A stretch of 64,000 nt of DNA from Lingula anatina (lineage: Eukaryota > Animalia > Brachiopoda). This document shows positions 48,801 through 63,098 of this stretch, one piece after another. Both the position numbers and the translations under genes were made by a program. Every line of letters starts with the position of its first letter. Position 1 is the stretch's first letter. The notes below the pieces were generated by a model. The model was given only the letters and a program-made list of their open reading frames with translations. It was not told where the DNA came from and made no database searches. The stretch is taken from contig CM120648.1 in the NCBI GenBank assembly GCA_051362555.1, positions 16,860,587 to 16,924,586 on the forward strand, written 5' to 3'.

Positions 48801-49738
48801 AAAAACAGTTTTCCACTTATTGTGTTATCAGTGCTGCATATATGCTGAAAAAAGTGAAAAAACAGCATAAATTCCCTAACAATAATCGAATCATGCTGAT
48901 TTTCAAACTTGACTTGCGTATTATGAATATTTATCAGTTCTACAAGTTTCAAGCCAAAAGGTAAATTGGTTTTCCACTTATGGTGTTATCGGTGCTGCAT
49001 ATATGCTGAAAAATAGTGAAAAAACAGCATAAATTCCCTAAAAATGACCCAATCATGCTGATTTTCGAACTTGACCTGTGTATTATGAATATTAATCAGT
49101 TTTGTAAGTTTCAAGCCAAAAGGTAGGATGGTTTTCCACTTATCGTGTTATCGGGGTTGCATATATGCTGAAAAAAGTGAAAAAACAGCATAAATTCCCT
49201 AAAAATGACCCGATCATGCTGATTTTCGAACTTGACCTGCGTATTATGAATATTCATCAGTTCTGTAACTTTCAAGCCAAAAGGTAAAATGGTTTTTCAC
49301 TTATCGTGTTATCGGTGCTGCATATATGCTGAAAAAAGTGAAAAAACAGCATAAATTCCCTAAAAGTGACCCGATCATGCTGATTTTCGAACTTGACCTG
49401 CGTATTATGAATATTTATCAGTTTTGTAAGTTTCAAGTCAAAAGGTAAAATGGTTTTCCACTTATCGTGTTATCAGTGCTGCATATATGCTGAAAAAAGT
49501 GAAAAAACAGCATAAATTCCCTTAAATTGACCCGATCATGCTGATTTTCGAACTTGACCTGCGTATTATGAATATTCATCAGTTCTGTAAGTTTCATACC
49601 AAAAGAAAAAACAGTTTTCCATTTATCGTGTTATCGGTAAAAGTGCACGGCGACGGCGACGACGGCGACGGCGACGACGGCGACGACAGACGCAGATGAT
49701 AGCTATATGTACAGACACATCTGTGTCTGTACATAAAA
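44994..49738 (+). mobile_element. HINE family A, long copy (nested family C)
   Basis: Both ends present; 161-bp units at 49021, 49182, 49343, 49504. Confidence 0.78.
45562..45748 (+). mobile_element. Short HINE family C
   Basis: AACTAGAAAAGCACTCCGAGAGTGC...ACCTCCTTGGCAGAGGT hairpin; truncated copy at 27644; empty site at ~60730. Confidence 0.72.
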
Positions 49739-50876
49739 AAAATGAAACATCAATTCAATTTTCTTTATTTTATTTTCATACATGTAATACACATTGTATA
49801 TTTGTGGCAAAAAAATTATTTTTTATTTTAGCAACACTTCAATATGGCGATTATTTTACACTACTTAATCAGTACATACAGTTAACCAATGAACACACCA
49901 CTCCTTTTAAAAACAGGATCAATATTAATAATAATATTATTTTATAAATTTACCTTGGGTCAGCAGTTGTTTTCACTGATGCCCAGTTAGTCCTGTACCA
50001 ATCCATACTTTGAATTTATTTTTATAAGTAGAAGTTTCTGTCTACAAGGCATGTCATGTATGCAAAAGCTAAACTTCGCATACGTTACCTATGGTGCATG
50101 GTTCAAATATACTGTAAAATATATGACAAATGTAGTAATACTGATGATCAAAAAATATTATTATAAGCAACAGCTAGCACAGCACAAAATATTTATCAGT
50201 CCTTAAAAGAATGTCAGAGGTTGTGATGGTGCTCACTGCCACACAGTATTTGGAAATGATAGGTGATTCTGTCATAAAAACTGCAGGCCAAGGAATTGGA
50301 AAAAGCATTTGTCCTGGTCCCATTCATGTTCTTCAAGCCTAGAAAAATATTAGATTAAATATTAAAATGGTTTAAAAAGTAATTTACAGGAAAACTTTTG
50401 TAACTGCATATATTTTTTACACACACATACACACACACACACACACACACAAACAACCAAAACAACAATACACACTAAAATCAATATAAATAATAAATCA
50501 CAATCTTGGTAATTTATTAGGGAATCTGGTAACAATTGAATTATCTTTTTACTCTTAAAGTGTATCAGTATAGATAAATGAAGCTCATCATCAGAAGCTG
50601 AACTGTGGCAAACATGCGTTTCTTTAAATCAATTAAGATCCCATTTAGATGAAGCCCTGAAGAGTTTAGGAAATGCATCTTAGTCTACAAACTAGAGTGT
50701 ACACAACTACTGGTACATTTTGTTTCATAAAATCCACAATATTTATAAACTAGAGGATCAGAGAGGCGATACCGCCTCCAAATATTGTACCACCAGCTGG
50801 AGCAAACGCATTCGTATAGACCCCCACATACACAAAATAAGGGACACAGCCACCAGTTTTGTGCTTGACAAGCTGT

Positions 50877-53473
50877 AACAAGGCAGCAAAGCTGTCAAAT
50901 GTACAGACAAAAAACAGGAAATTACTATGCACAAAATAGGCTACTGTCAATTCTGATGCAAAAATACATTATGTTAAACTGCAAATTCAACATCAAATTT
51001 TAATTATCCTCAACAGGTAATACCAATGTAATTAAAATATGTGACAAGTTTACACTTTGAAAATGTATAACTTCCAGAAAAAGAAGTCACTTAAACTGCT
51101 TTTCCAACTCAGACTGCATTTTCGTCCTGTATTTCTTTTTTGAAAGTTTGGCAATCATAAGTAACATGGTTTTCCCATAATGGTCATCATGGCAGCAGCA
51201 CCCAAAATTGTGTTTTCTTCTATTCTGATGCAATATTACATAATGGTTAACAGCATAATGACTGTCAATTTTTAATAATAAAATATATGTATCATGGATT
51301 TTCAGAAAATGTGAATAGCATGGGTCTTCAAGCCCGTGGAACTTCAAAGTCACACCTTAAAAATGCCAATATGTGAAAAATTAAATTTTCACAAAATAAC
51401 TGTTTAACTGGCAGTAAGAATTACCAAACAGACTGTATTTCCTACTGAAGCTGTATTTTAGTCCCATGTTTCTTTCCTGTAAGTTTGAGAACAGTAAATG
51501 ACATGGTTTTTCTTAAATGGTCATCATTGGAGCAGTGCCCAAAATAGTTTTTTTTTTCAAATTTTGATGCAATATTACATAATGTTTAACAGCATAATGA
51601 CCATCAACTTTAATAATAAAATATTAGTATTATGGATATTCAGAAAATGTGACTAGCAAAGGTCTTCAGGCCCATGGAACTTCAAAGTCACAACTTGAAA
51701 ATGCCAAAATGTAAACAAGACAGCACTGTTCTGAAATGTTTTTTTTTCCATTTTTAACAATTTTTAACATAAAACAAAATTAACAGTTTTCTGCCGTTTT
51801 TATATGATCAACTAAGAAAATTGATGAGATGGGAAAAATATCAACAGAGCAGTGTTAAATGTCCAATCTCTTCCATTCTGAGATTCTGAACATAGTGAAT
51901 GATTGAATCTGACAAACTGCAATGATATGAGTTTATTTCCATTTTTGAAACTTTATTACACAATACACGATAACAAGTTTACCATCATTTTTACATAATC
52001 AACTAATAATGTTGTAAAATTGCAGGAAATGCCAAACAAACACTTTTACGTATCTTATTAGTTCAATAATGAAACTGTTTACATGCCTAAGAATTGAATC
52101 TGAGGAAATGTGAAAAAACTGCATTTCTTTAAAATAATGGCCCGATTATGCTGATTTTTTAACTCAACCTGCGTTTTAGCAGAAATGACCACTCCTGTGA
52201 GTTTAATGACAATTGGCCTATCTGTTTTTCTTATATTGTGTTTACAGTGTTGCATATATGCTGAAAAGTGAAAAAAAAAAGCATAACTTCTACATTAATG
52301 GCCCGATCATGCTGATTTTGAACTTGACCTGCATTTTATGAATATTCATCAGCTCTGTAAATATACAGCCAAAAAGTAAAACTGCCTTCCACTTATCGTG
52401 TTTACAATGAAAGTGCATGGTGCCGGCGACAGCGACAGCAACGACAGAAGCAGGTGATGGCAATATGTACAGACACATCTGTACATATCAACTGTACTGT
52501 TTGAGAACAGTAAGTGACATGGTTTTTCTGAAATGGTCATCATGGGAGCAGTGCCTAAAATAGGTTTTTTTCAAATTTTGATGCAATATTACATAATGTT
52601 TAACAGCATAATGATCATCAATTTTTTATAATAAAATATTAGTATCATGGACAAATAGTAAACGTGACTAACAAAGGTTTTTAGGCCGATGGAACTTCAA
52701 AGTCACGACTTAAAGATGCCAAAATGTAAACAAGACTGCACTGTTCTGAAATGGGTTTATTTCCATTTTTAACACTTTTTTAACATAAAACAAAATTAAT
52801 AGGTTACTGCCATTTTTATAAGATCAACTAAGAAAATTGATGAGATGTGAAAAATATCAATAGAACAGAGTTAAATGTCCAATTTCTTCCATTCTGAGAT
52901 TCTGAACATAGTGAATGATTGAATCTGACAAACTGCAATGATATGAGTTTATTTCCATTTTTGACACTTTATTACACAATACACGATAACAAGTTTACCA
53001 TCATTTTTACATAATCAACTAACAATGTTGTAAAGATGCAGGAAATGTCAAACAAACACTTTTACGTAAACAGCATAACTTCTAAAATAATGCCCCGATT
53101 AGGCTGATTTTCGAACTCAACCTGCGTTTTAGTAAGACTGACCATTCCTGTGAGTTTCATGACAATAGGCCTAACGGTTTTCCTTAAAATGTGTTTACAA
53201 GGTTGCATATATGCTGAAAAGTGAAAAAAACAGCATAACTTCTACAGTAATGGCCCGATCATGCTGATTTTTGAACTTGACCTGCGTTTTATGAATATTC
53301 ATCAGCTCTGTAAATATAAAGCCGAAAAATAAAACTGCCTTCCACTTATCGTGTTTACAAGGAAAGTGCACGGCGACGGCATCGGCATCGGCATCGGCAT
53401 CGGCATCGGCATCGGCGACGACAGACGCAGGTGATGGCAATATGTACAGACACATCTGTGTCTGTACATAAAA
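50877..53473 (+). mobile_element. HINE family A inserted into HINE-B without TSD
   Basis: Inserted at AGCTGT|AAAAATGC (empty site ~30391-30405, minus); internal duplication restarting near 52500. Confidence 0.8.
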
Positions 53474-55352
53474 ATGCAATCAACAAGAATTTTTTAACTA
53501 TTGCAAAAAATATATATGGTACAATCAAATTTAAGTTCTTCGTAAGGTAGGTCAAGGGTCAATTTCAAGGTCACAGTAAATTGCCAGTATATGACTTCCT
53601 ATTCAAGTTCAAGAGTAACTATGGACCTATCTCTGTCAAGTTTGAAGTTAAAAGAGAAAGAAATTAGCAGAGTTCAGTTCATGATAAAAAGAAGGTCAAA
53701 GGTCAATTTCAAGGTCACACTTAGATTGCCAGTATAGGACTTCCTATTCAAGTTCAATAGTAACTATGGACCTATCTCTGCCAGTTTTGGAGATAAAAGG
53801 GAAGCAAAATTTGCAAAATTCAGTTCATGGTGAAAAGTAGGTCAAAGGTCAATTTCAAGGTCACATTTAGATTGCCAGTATATGACTTTCTATTCAAGAT
53901 CAAGAGTAACTATGGACCTATCTCTGTCAAGTTTGAAGTTAAAAGAGAAAGAAATTAGCAGAGTTCAGTTCATGATAAAAAGAAGGTCAAAGGTCAATTT
54001 CAAGGTCACATTTAGATTGCCAGTATATGACTTTCTATTCAAGTTCAATAGTAACTATGGACCTATCTCAGCCAGTTTTGGAGATAAAAGGAAAGCAAAA
54101 TTTGCAAAATTCAGTTCATGGTGTAAAGTAGGTCAAAGGTCAATTTTAAGGTCACATTTAGATTGCCAGTATATGACTTCCTTTTCAAGTTCAATAGTAA
54201 CTATGGACCTATCTCAGCCAGTTTTGGAGATAAAAGGAAAGCAAAATTTGCAAAATTCAGTTCATGGTGTAAAGTAGGTCAAAGGTCAATTTTAAGGTCA
54301 CATTTAGATTGCCAGTATGTGACTTCCTATTCAAGTTCAATAGTAACTATGGACCTATCTCTGCCAGTTTTGGAGATAAAAGGGCAGAAAAGTTTGCAAA
54401 GTTCAGTTTATGGTGAAAAGTAGGTCAAAGGTCAATTTCAAGGTCACATTTAGATTGCCAGTATATGACTTCCTATTCAAGTTCAATAGTAACTATGGAC
54501 CTATCTCTGCCAGTTTTGGAGATAAAAGGGAAGCAAAATTTGCAAAGTTCAGTTCATGGTGAAAAGTAGGTCAAAGGTCAATTTCAAGGTCACATTTAGA
54601 TTGCCAGTATATGACTTCCTATTCAAGTTCAATAGTAACTATGGACCTATCTCTGCCAGTTTTGGAATTAAAAGGGAAGCAAAATTTGCAAAGTTCAGTT
54701 CATGGTGAAAAGTAGGTCAAAGGTCAATTTCAAGGTCACATTTAGATTGCCAGTATATGACTTCCTATTCAAGTTCAATAGTAACTATGGACCTATCTCT
54801 GCCAGTTTTGGAGATAAAAGGGAAGCAAAATATGCAAAGTTCAGTTTATGGTGAAAAGTAGGTCAAAGGTCAATTTTAAGGTCACATTTAGATTGCCAGT
54901 ATATGACTTCCTATTCAAGTTCAATAGTAACTACGGACCTATCTCAGCCAGTTTTGGAGATAAAAGGAAAGCAAAATTTGCATAATTCAGTTCATGGTGT
55001 AAAGTAGGTAAAAGGTCAATTTTAAGGTCACATTTAGATTGCCAGTATATGACTTCCTATTCAACTTCAATAGTAACTATGGACCTATCTCTGCCAGTTT
55101 TGGAGATAAAAGGGAAGCAAAATTTGCAAAGTTCAGTTCTTGGTGAAAAGTAGGTCAAAGGTCAATTTTAAGGTCACATTTAGATTGCCAGTATATGACT
55201 TCCTATTAAACTACAATAGTAACTATGGACCTATCTCTGCCAGTTTTGGAGATAAAAGGGAAGCAAAATTTGCAAAGTTCAGTTCATGGTGAAAAGTAGG
55301 TCAAAGGTCAATTTCAAGGTCACATTTAGATTGCCAGTATATGACTTCCTAT

Positions 55353-57497
55353 TAGCCTTTTTCATCTTTTCCGGAAATGGAAATTGCATTGTGGGTAGGG
55401 GAGCCCTGCTACGTCGAAACACTTACAGCGGTGCTAAAAACCATGGCTGGGTTTACGTGCTTTTTGTCCCGCTACTACAATAACAGTAAGCGAGATCGAC
55501 ACATGAGGTTTAATGAGTTCCCAACAAACCCGTTAGAATGAAAAATATGGTAGAGAGAAGGGAAAATATAGCAGGTTTGGATCAAAAGCAGGGCACCGCG
55601 TTTGCGCTGAACATTTCGAAGGCGGGAAGAAAAACTATAATATTAGGAGATCAACGGTGCTTTATAAAAAACAGAAATGCTTAGTTAAACAACGGATATA
55701 ACGAACTATCGGCAAATAGAACTCGGGGGTAAAAAATGCGAGAAAAAAAACATTATAAAGATTTGAAGAAAAAATTGAAGAATAGGCCGGGGCCTAAAAA
55801 TTAAGAAAAGACTTCAAGCATGAGATTATGGAAAAAGAAAGTAAAAGCTGTGTTTTACACGGGGATTCTACGGTACTTACAAAAAATTCAAGAACTTTCA
55901 CGACTTTTTGTGTAACAACAAAGAGAAGGTTTGAAAAGTTTTGTATGTAATATCCTTTTTGTGTGTGTTTTATTGATAAGTGATCATTTTAAATGTTGTA
56001 GGCCCATCACAGGTTTTAGTCTCTTATAACCCTTAGCAGGGTGGGTTCTATTTTTTTTTTTTAACGTGAGACGTTAATAAAAATTTTATTATTATGTATT
56101 CAGTCCCGTAAACGTATTACTGATTTGTACAAACGGAGCTCATATTATCAAGATCAACAGAGACATACGAAGAAGAAAGTACATCGGCTCTTGTTGAACG
56201 CGTTATCGGCGAAATAAAAAGTTATTTATTTCTGAACTCAATGACAAGAGAATTGGAAAATACAAAAAATGCAGCCTTTCTGTAAGCTACACGTACATGA
56301 TACATGTATGGTAAAGACAAAATGGATAATAAACATAATCCAACAACGTATTTGTAAAGTAATACAAATATGCTTAGTATTAAAGTAGGCCTACGTAGGC
56401 ATATATTTAACTGTCTTAGATAGTTGATAAGTATGAAATGTGTGGGAAACACTTTATTTGAATGATTTAATTGTCTGTGATTGAAAACGATGAAAATACG
56501 CATGAAAACATTTAAAAATACAATAATTTGGCCTCTTGCTATAATTTTGTTTTTGTTTCAGTTTGACAAAATTTACATACTTGTCAGACCGAAAGGCTGA
56601 CGTTTTTTACCTGTCGTAAATTTTGTACATATACTAGAGTAAGACACGGTAAACTTTAATTATCGTCTGGGAAAGAGTCGAGAATTCCTGTCTCACCTAT
56701 TTAACACTTAAAAGGTTTTAATTACAGAGGAAAGGTCGTCCGCCTTACCGAACAATTGAACAAGTAACACCTGATGCCTCATCAGGTACCAAACGATTTA
56801 ATCAGTTCACCGACGAACGATCTGCGTGTCAGTTTTACCTGTATACACAGTAGCTACGAGTCAAACAATGCAGGAAATCTTTTCATTTTATCACTTTAAA
56901 AATCTATTAAGATATCCTTCAAACAAGACATAAAAATCGTAATGAATTGACACTGCCGGTACATGAGGTGATATCGCCACAGCTTGCATATATACATGTA
57001 CTAAATTGTGAAGACGTAGGCCTGCGCACCTGTCCACACTCTTGAAAGCTGTGTACGAGTCTACTGGCTATTTTGATTTTATATATAAAAAAATAACGAG
57101 TCTCTTTCGCATATCTTTATTATCGGAAGCATTTAAAAGAACTCCGAAGCTTTAGTTCGTCATCACTATTGAAAGTACAGCCAAGGCTCGGACGCTTAGG
57201 TGAAGTCTAGTTGTAAAGCGCATCGTATTTAAACTGAGAAAGAAAATATTTAATTGCTTGATTCTCCGTCCAAATAGCTGTTTCTTGCCTACAGTTTACG
57301 CATTTCTGTGCTTCAGCCACCTTTTTAGTTTGACAGAAAGCAATACACGCTTCATACGACCTTTTTATATGCGCACCTTGTACATCATCTACACCTAGCA
57401 TTGCCATGCTGGAAACAGCAGAGGACCACTGTGACCCCTGTGGCGCGCGGTTCCTGTCATGCGCACTTCGTATTTCCGCAAAAGATGAAAAAGGTTA
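55353..57497 (+). mobile_element. Degenerate ISL2EU-like transposon (THAP remnant, AT TSD)
   Basis: 26-bp TIR TAGCCTTTTTCATCTTTTCCGGAAAT / TAACCTTTTTCATCTTTTGCGGAAAT; satellite CCTATTCAAG split as CCTAT|...|ATTCAAG; THAP and 'VFYTGI' remnants. Confidence 0.72.
55443..55630 (+). pseudogene. Decayed THAP zinc-finger domain
   Basis: MAGFTCFLSRYYNNSKRDRHMRFNEFPTNPLE*KIW ... RVCAEHFEGG across a frameshift. Confidence 0.75.
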
Positions 57498-60183
57498 ATT
57501 CAAGTTCAATAGTAACTACGTACCTATCTCTGCCAGTTTTGGAGATAAAAGGAAAGCAAAATTTGCAAAATTCAGTTCATGGTGAAAAGTAGGTCAAAGG
57601 TCAATTTTAATGTCACATATAGATTGCCAGTATATGACTTCCTATTCAAGTTCAATAGTAACTACGGACCTATCTCTGCCAGTTTTGGAGATAAAAGGAA
57701 AGCAAAATTTGCAAAATTCAGTTCATGGTGTAAAGTAGGTCAAAGGTCAATTTTAAGGTCACATTTAGATTGCCAGTATATGACTTCCTATTCAAGTTCA
57801 ATAGTAACTATGGACCTATCTCTGCCAGTTTTGGAGATAAAAGGGAAGCAAAATTTGCAAAGTTCAGTTCATGGTGAAAAGTAGGTCAAAGGTCAATTTC
57901 AAGGTCATAGTAAGATTGCCAGTATATGACTTCCTATTCAACTTCAATAGTAACTATGGACCTATCTCTGCCAGTTTTGGAGATATAAGGGACTAGATGT
58001 TATAATTTTGGAGTTACCATAATGTGCCTTAAATTTCGTACAGAAAAAATTAATTAAAATAAAGAAAATGTCATTTTGGTCAAAATTCTTGAAATAGGAG
58101 GTGCTCTGAAGTTTCAGAAGTTCAAATTTGATGAAATAATGTCATTTTTGAACACAAGTTGTCTGCTTTGCCAAGCCTTATGTTTTATTTTTCCACAGTT
58201 CAAAATTTATTATCCATTACCGTACTGCACATTTTGCTTTTACCACCAATATGTACTTTTTGATACAGCGTAACTCGAAAACCGTATGGAATACAAAAAA
58301 ACCGAGACCACTTCCAGTGTTGGGCTTTACATGCTCTACAAAATGCAAAAAAGAATGGGTCTCTAGCATTAACAGTTCCCGAATTAGAGACAGTTTTCAG
58401 TTTCGGTATCTTATGGCCGCTACTCCCGTGAAAATGCACCGATTGACCCCAAATTCTTGGAGATGAAAGATGACCTGAAGGGTAACACTTTCCAATAATA
58501 TTATTGGTTAAGTCTGTGTGGTGTCTGAATAACAGGGTAAAAAAAAATTTTTTCGTAAAAAATTTCATTTTTTTGAAAATTTTGGCCCATTTGACCTTGA
58601 AGTAGAGGTCAAAGGTCAAATCCAAGGGTATATTTGAAATCTACACATATGACTTTTGGAAAGCCGTCTATAGAAATTTTTCCCATAACTCCTTCCGTAG
58701 GGTAGATAATTAGCACTTAATTTTGCCATTTTTAGACAAGGGTGCATTGCAATGAGTGCCACACCCAGACCCCAATACCGACAAAGCCCAAATTTTACGT
58801 GGAACGAGTTGAGATTATAGGTGACCTAAATCCATGAGATGGGTACGGGGGCCCTTACCGTCTAGGAGGAGAAGCAGTAACGGTAGTCGTCCGGCGGAGC
58901 CGGCGGAGCCAACGGAGCCGGCGGAACGATCCGGACGGGACCGAAACCATGTGTACCGCCAGCGCTAACGCTGGTGGTACAATTAAAACAAAAGAATTTT
59001 ACAAATGTTCTTTTTTCATGAAACAATTTTCCTTTACAAACTTATAACCCATGTTTTTGCAGGTTTGTGCAGGGGAGATTTTTAACAAAAATAAACTTTT
59101 CCTTATAACAAAAATGTGCAATTTGAAAACACACTTCCAATGTAATACTGGCATTGTATTATGCAAAGTGTTTATCTATTGAAAATGGTCAACAAATGAA
59201 GGTTGTCATATGTAATGTAAGATATAAAACTTGTTTTTGAGAAAAAAAATTTCACTCATATTGATATCATACATTTGTCTCCTGACAAAGGAGTAAAAAT
59301 GTGAAAAGTTAAAATTTGTTATTCATATGTTTGAAAAGATGCTTGTGATTGGTTTTCAATTTGGTATCTTTCACAACTATAAAAGTTACAATTGTGAAAA
59401 TAGTTTCATTGGATAATTTACAAGCATGTGTACCCCTAAACTCATCCCATGCACACACATGCTGGGCTGATAACAATGCTCTTCACTGACATCCCAGTAC
59501 CTTAAATCGACTTTTCCATAGTGAATATCCTCTCTAAGTTTTTTGTTGGGCATCATGTATTATTCAATTTATGATAAAATAAAAAATATGTTCAAGATAT
59601 ATTCCAACAGACTGTTATGAAAAGCTACACTATTGGCAGTATATATTTATATATCTCTTCAGCTGTGTAATACCGATACCTTATTATGATAGCTTAATAT
59701 ATAAGCCTTTGTACTGTCAATGATCAAGGTCAAGGAAAGTATAAAAAGGTAGATAAACATATTATTTATTGGACATTCCTGTACAAGTTTAACTCCTTTT
59801 CATGGATAATATTATATTTTCTGTACTTTTTTCATCTTACTTAAATCAAAATGCAAAGAAATAGCATGAAAAGGGATTTGCAAAATATCTAAACAATGAC
59901 TTTCATATCCTCAAAAGTGATCTATCTCCCTCTCAAAATATATCTTTCTATGCAGAATCAAGCATACTGCATGTTATTTCACAAGCCATTTCATCTAATA
60001 AACACCAAAACACAAAAAAATATCAGAAGAAGGCAAATTCTCAATATCTTACTGTGACATTCATACAAGACATGAGACAATACATTCCCCATAGTCACTT
60101 TACTGTGAGCACCACAACCACACACACTGTCATTTCATGAAGTAAATATAATCTAGTTAACTTCAAAACAACAAGAAATGCAT

Positions 60184-63015
60184 AACAAGGCAGCAAAGCT
60201 GTCAAATGTACAGACAAAAAACAGAAAAAAAAATGCAAAATAGGTCATTATGTCAATTTTGATGCAATAATAAATGCTTATAATAGCACAGTCAGTCAAC
60301 ACTGATTTTTAATCATGCACAACAGGTAACATGGTCAATAACAGGAGCAGATTCAGAGATATTTTCTGACAGTATTCCAAAGTATCTTTGTTGATCCATC
60401 CTCCATTTTGATAGTCTTCCAACAGAAACCCGTTAATATAAACTGTAAAATCTGACTGTCTTCCAGGAGACCCAGAAGATGGTCTTAATCCACCCTTTCA
60501 ATAAGATTACAATGTCAGGACCATGAGAGTTAAAATTCACATGATGAAAGTCCCTATATATGAAAAATGATGACAGTGCATAAAATAATATTACATCGTG
60601 TTTAAAGACATAAATACCAATACAGCTGCTTATGTGGAAATACTGAAAATGTGCACAGCCTCAGGTGGATGGGAGTTAAAAATCACATCTTAAAAATGCC
60701 AGTGTTGGAGAAAAAATTAAATAGAAACAACAAAAATATAATTCTAATGAAGCTGTTATTCACTGCTTCCTTATTATGGACACTATGTTATCTAGCAGAG
60801 AGCTTAACAGGGAAATATCAACAAGTGTGCTTTATGAAATTTCAACTTAATTAGGTAAATGAGTTTATAGCACTGAAATTAGCCTTGTGAATACCCAAGG
60901 GGAATTAACAGACTGACCACACAAATTTGTCTATCAAAGGTCTTCAGGCCCATAAGTCACACCTTAAGAAAAGCAGAAAACAATAATGCACAAAAACAGG
61001 AGACTGCCCAATTCTGATGCAATAATACATTATGTTTAACTGCACAGTCAACATAAAATTTTAATTATGCACAACAGGTAACGCTGATGAAAGTAAAAGC
61101 ATAAGGCTCCAGGCCCATCAGAGTTCAAGTTTTCAATTAGAAAGTGCCAGAATGAGAAAAATGAAAATTTCACAAAAAATGCATAAATTTAATAAAAATG
61201 ATGACCCAATTGACCTGGCTTTCTAATTTGAACTGCATGCCAATCCTAAAAATCGTACTTATAAGTTAAATATAATAATAAGTAACACAGTTTTCTTTTC
61301 ATAATGTTTGCAGTAGCAGTGCAAAAAGATTATTGTCAATTTTGATGTAACATTACATAATAAATTATAGAATAATTATCACCAATTTTTGATTATTGAC
61401 TATAAATAGCATGGACATGTAGAAAATTTGATTACCATTAGGCTTCATGTCCATGGGAGCTCTGAGTCCCACAATGAATATGCCAAAAAGATAATGAATA
61501 TTTCACTAAGTGTATAACTTCCAGAAAAAGAAGCTGCTTTTCCAACTCGGGCTGCATTTTAGTCCTGTGTTTCTTTTTTGAAAGTTTGACAGTAATAAGT
61601 AACACCGTTTTCCCATAATGGTCATCATGGCAACAGCACCAAATATTGTGTTTTCTTCTATTTTGATGCAACATTACATAATGCTTAACAGCATAATGAC
61701 CATCAATTTTAAATGATAAAATATACGTGTCATGGATTTTCAGAAAATGTGACTAGCAAGGGTCTTCAAGCCCGTGGAGGTTCTAAGTCGCACCTTGAAA
61801 ATGTCAATAAGTGAAAAATTAAATTTTCACAAAAAACTGTTAAATTGCCAGAAAAATTTACCAAACAGACTGCATTGCCTACTGAGGCTGTATGTTAGAC
61901 CCATGTTTCTTTCTTGTAAGTTTGAGAACAGCAAGTGACATGTTTTCCCTTAAATGGTCATCATAGGAGCAGTGCCCTAAATAGGGGTTTCTTCAAATTT
62001 TGATGCAACGTTACATAATGTTTAACAGCATAATAACCATCAAATGTTATTAATAAAATATTAGTAACATGGACATTCAGAAAACATGACAAGCAAAGGT
62101 CTTCAGGCCCATGGAACTTCAAAGTCACATCTTGAAAATGCCAAAATGTAAACAAGACAGCACTGTCCTGAAATGGGTTTATTTCCATTTTTAACACTTT
62201 TTTAACATAAAACAAAATAAACATTTTACTGCCATTTTTATATGACCAACTAAGAAAATTGATGAGATGGGAAAAATATCAATAGAACAGTGTTAAATGT
62301 CCAATTTCCTCCATTCTGAGATTCTGAACATAGTGGATGATTGAATCTGACAAACTGCAATGATATGAGTTTATTTCCATTTTTGACACTTTATTACACA
62401 ATACATGATAACAAGTTTACCATGTTTTTTTACATAATCAACTAACAATGTTGTAAAGATGCAGGAAATATCAAACAAACACTTTTACGCATCTAATTAG
62501 TTCAATAATGAGACTGTTAACATGCCTAATAATTGAATCTGAGGAAATCTGAAAAAACAGTATAACTTCTAAAATAATGGCCCGATTATGCTGATTTTCG
62601 AACTCAACCTGCATTTTAGTAAGATTGACCACTCCTGTGAATATAATGCCAATTGGCCAATCCGTTTTTCTTATATTGTGTTATCAGTGTTGCATTTATA
62701 TTGAAAAGTGAAAAAACAGCATAAATTCCCTAAAAATGGCCCAATCATGCTGATTTTCGAACTTGACCTGCGTATTAAGAATTTTCATCAGTTCTGTAAG
62801 TTTCAAGTCAAAAGGTAAAATGGTTTTCCACTAATCGTGTTATCGGTGCTGCATATATGCTGAAAAAGTGAAAAAACAGCATAAATTCCCTAAGAGTGAC
62901 CCGATCATGCTGATTTTCAAACTTGACCTGCGTATTATGAATATTCATCAGTTCTGCAAGTTTCAAATCAAAAGGCAAAATGGTTTTCCACTTATCGTGT
63001 TATCGGTAAAAGTGC

Positions 63016-63046
<31 letters not shown>

Positions 63047-63098
63047 CAGACGCAGATGATGGCTATATGTACAGACACATCTGTGTCTGTACATAAAA
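60184..63098 (+). mobile_element. HINE family A, complete copy lacking the family C insertion
   Basis: Both ends, tandem units, GGCGAC microsatellite and terminal hairpin. Confidence 0.8.

Larger units (their letters stand above)
53550..57990 (+). repeat. 146-bp tandem array (~15 units) interrupted at 55353-57497
   Basis: TAGGTCAAAGGTCAATTT recurs with 146-bp period. Confidence 0.92.
50748..58984 (+). mobile_element. HINE family B with nested HINE-A and ISL2EU-like element
   Basis: Collinear with the reverse complement of 27752-30527 once insertions are removed. Confidence 0.8.

Noticed and set aside
57207-57407. Merlin-like transposase N-terminus
   Set aside because: Only vague CxxC similarity; the enclosing element has THAP and an AT TSD.
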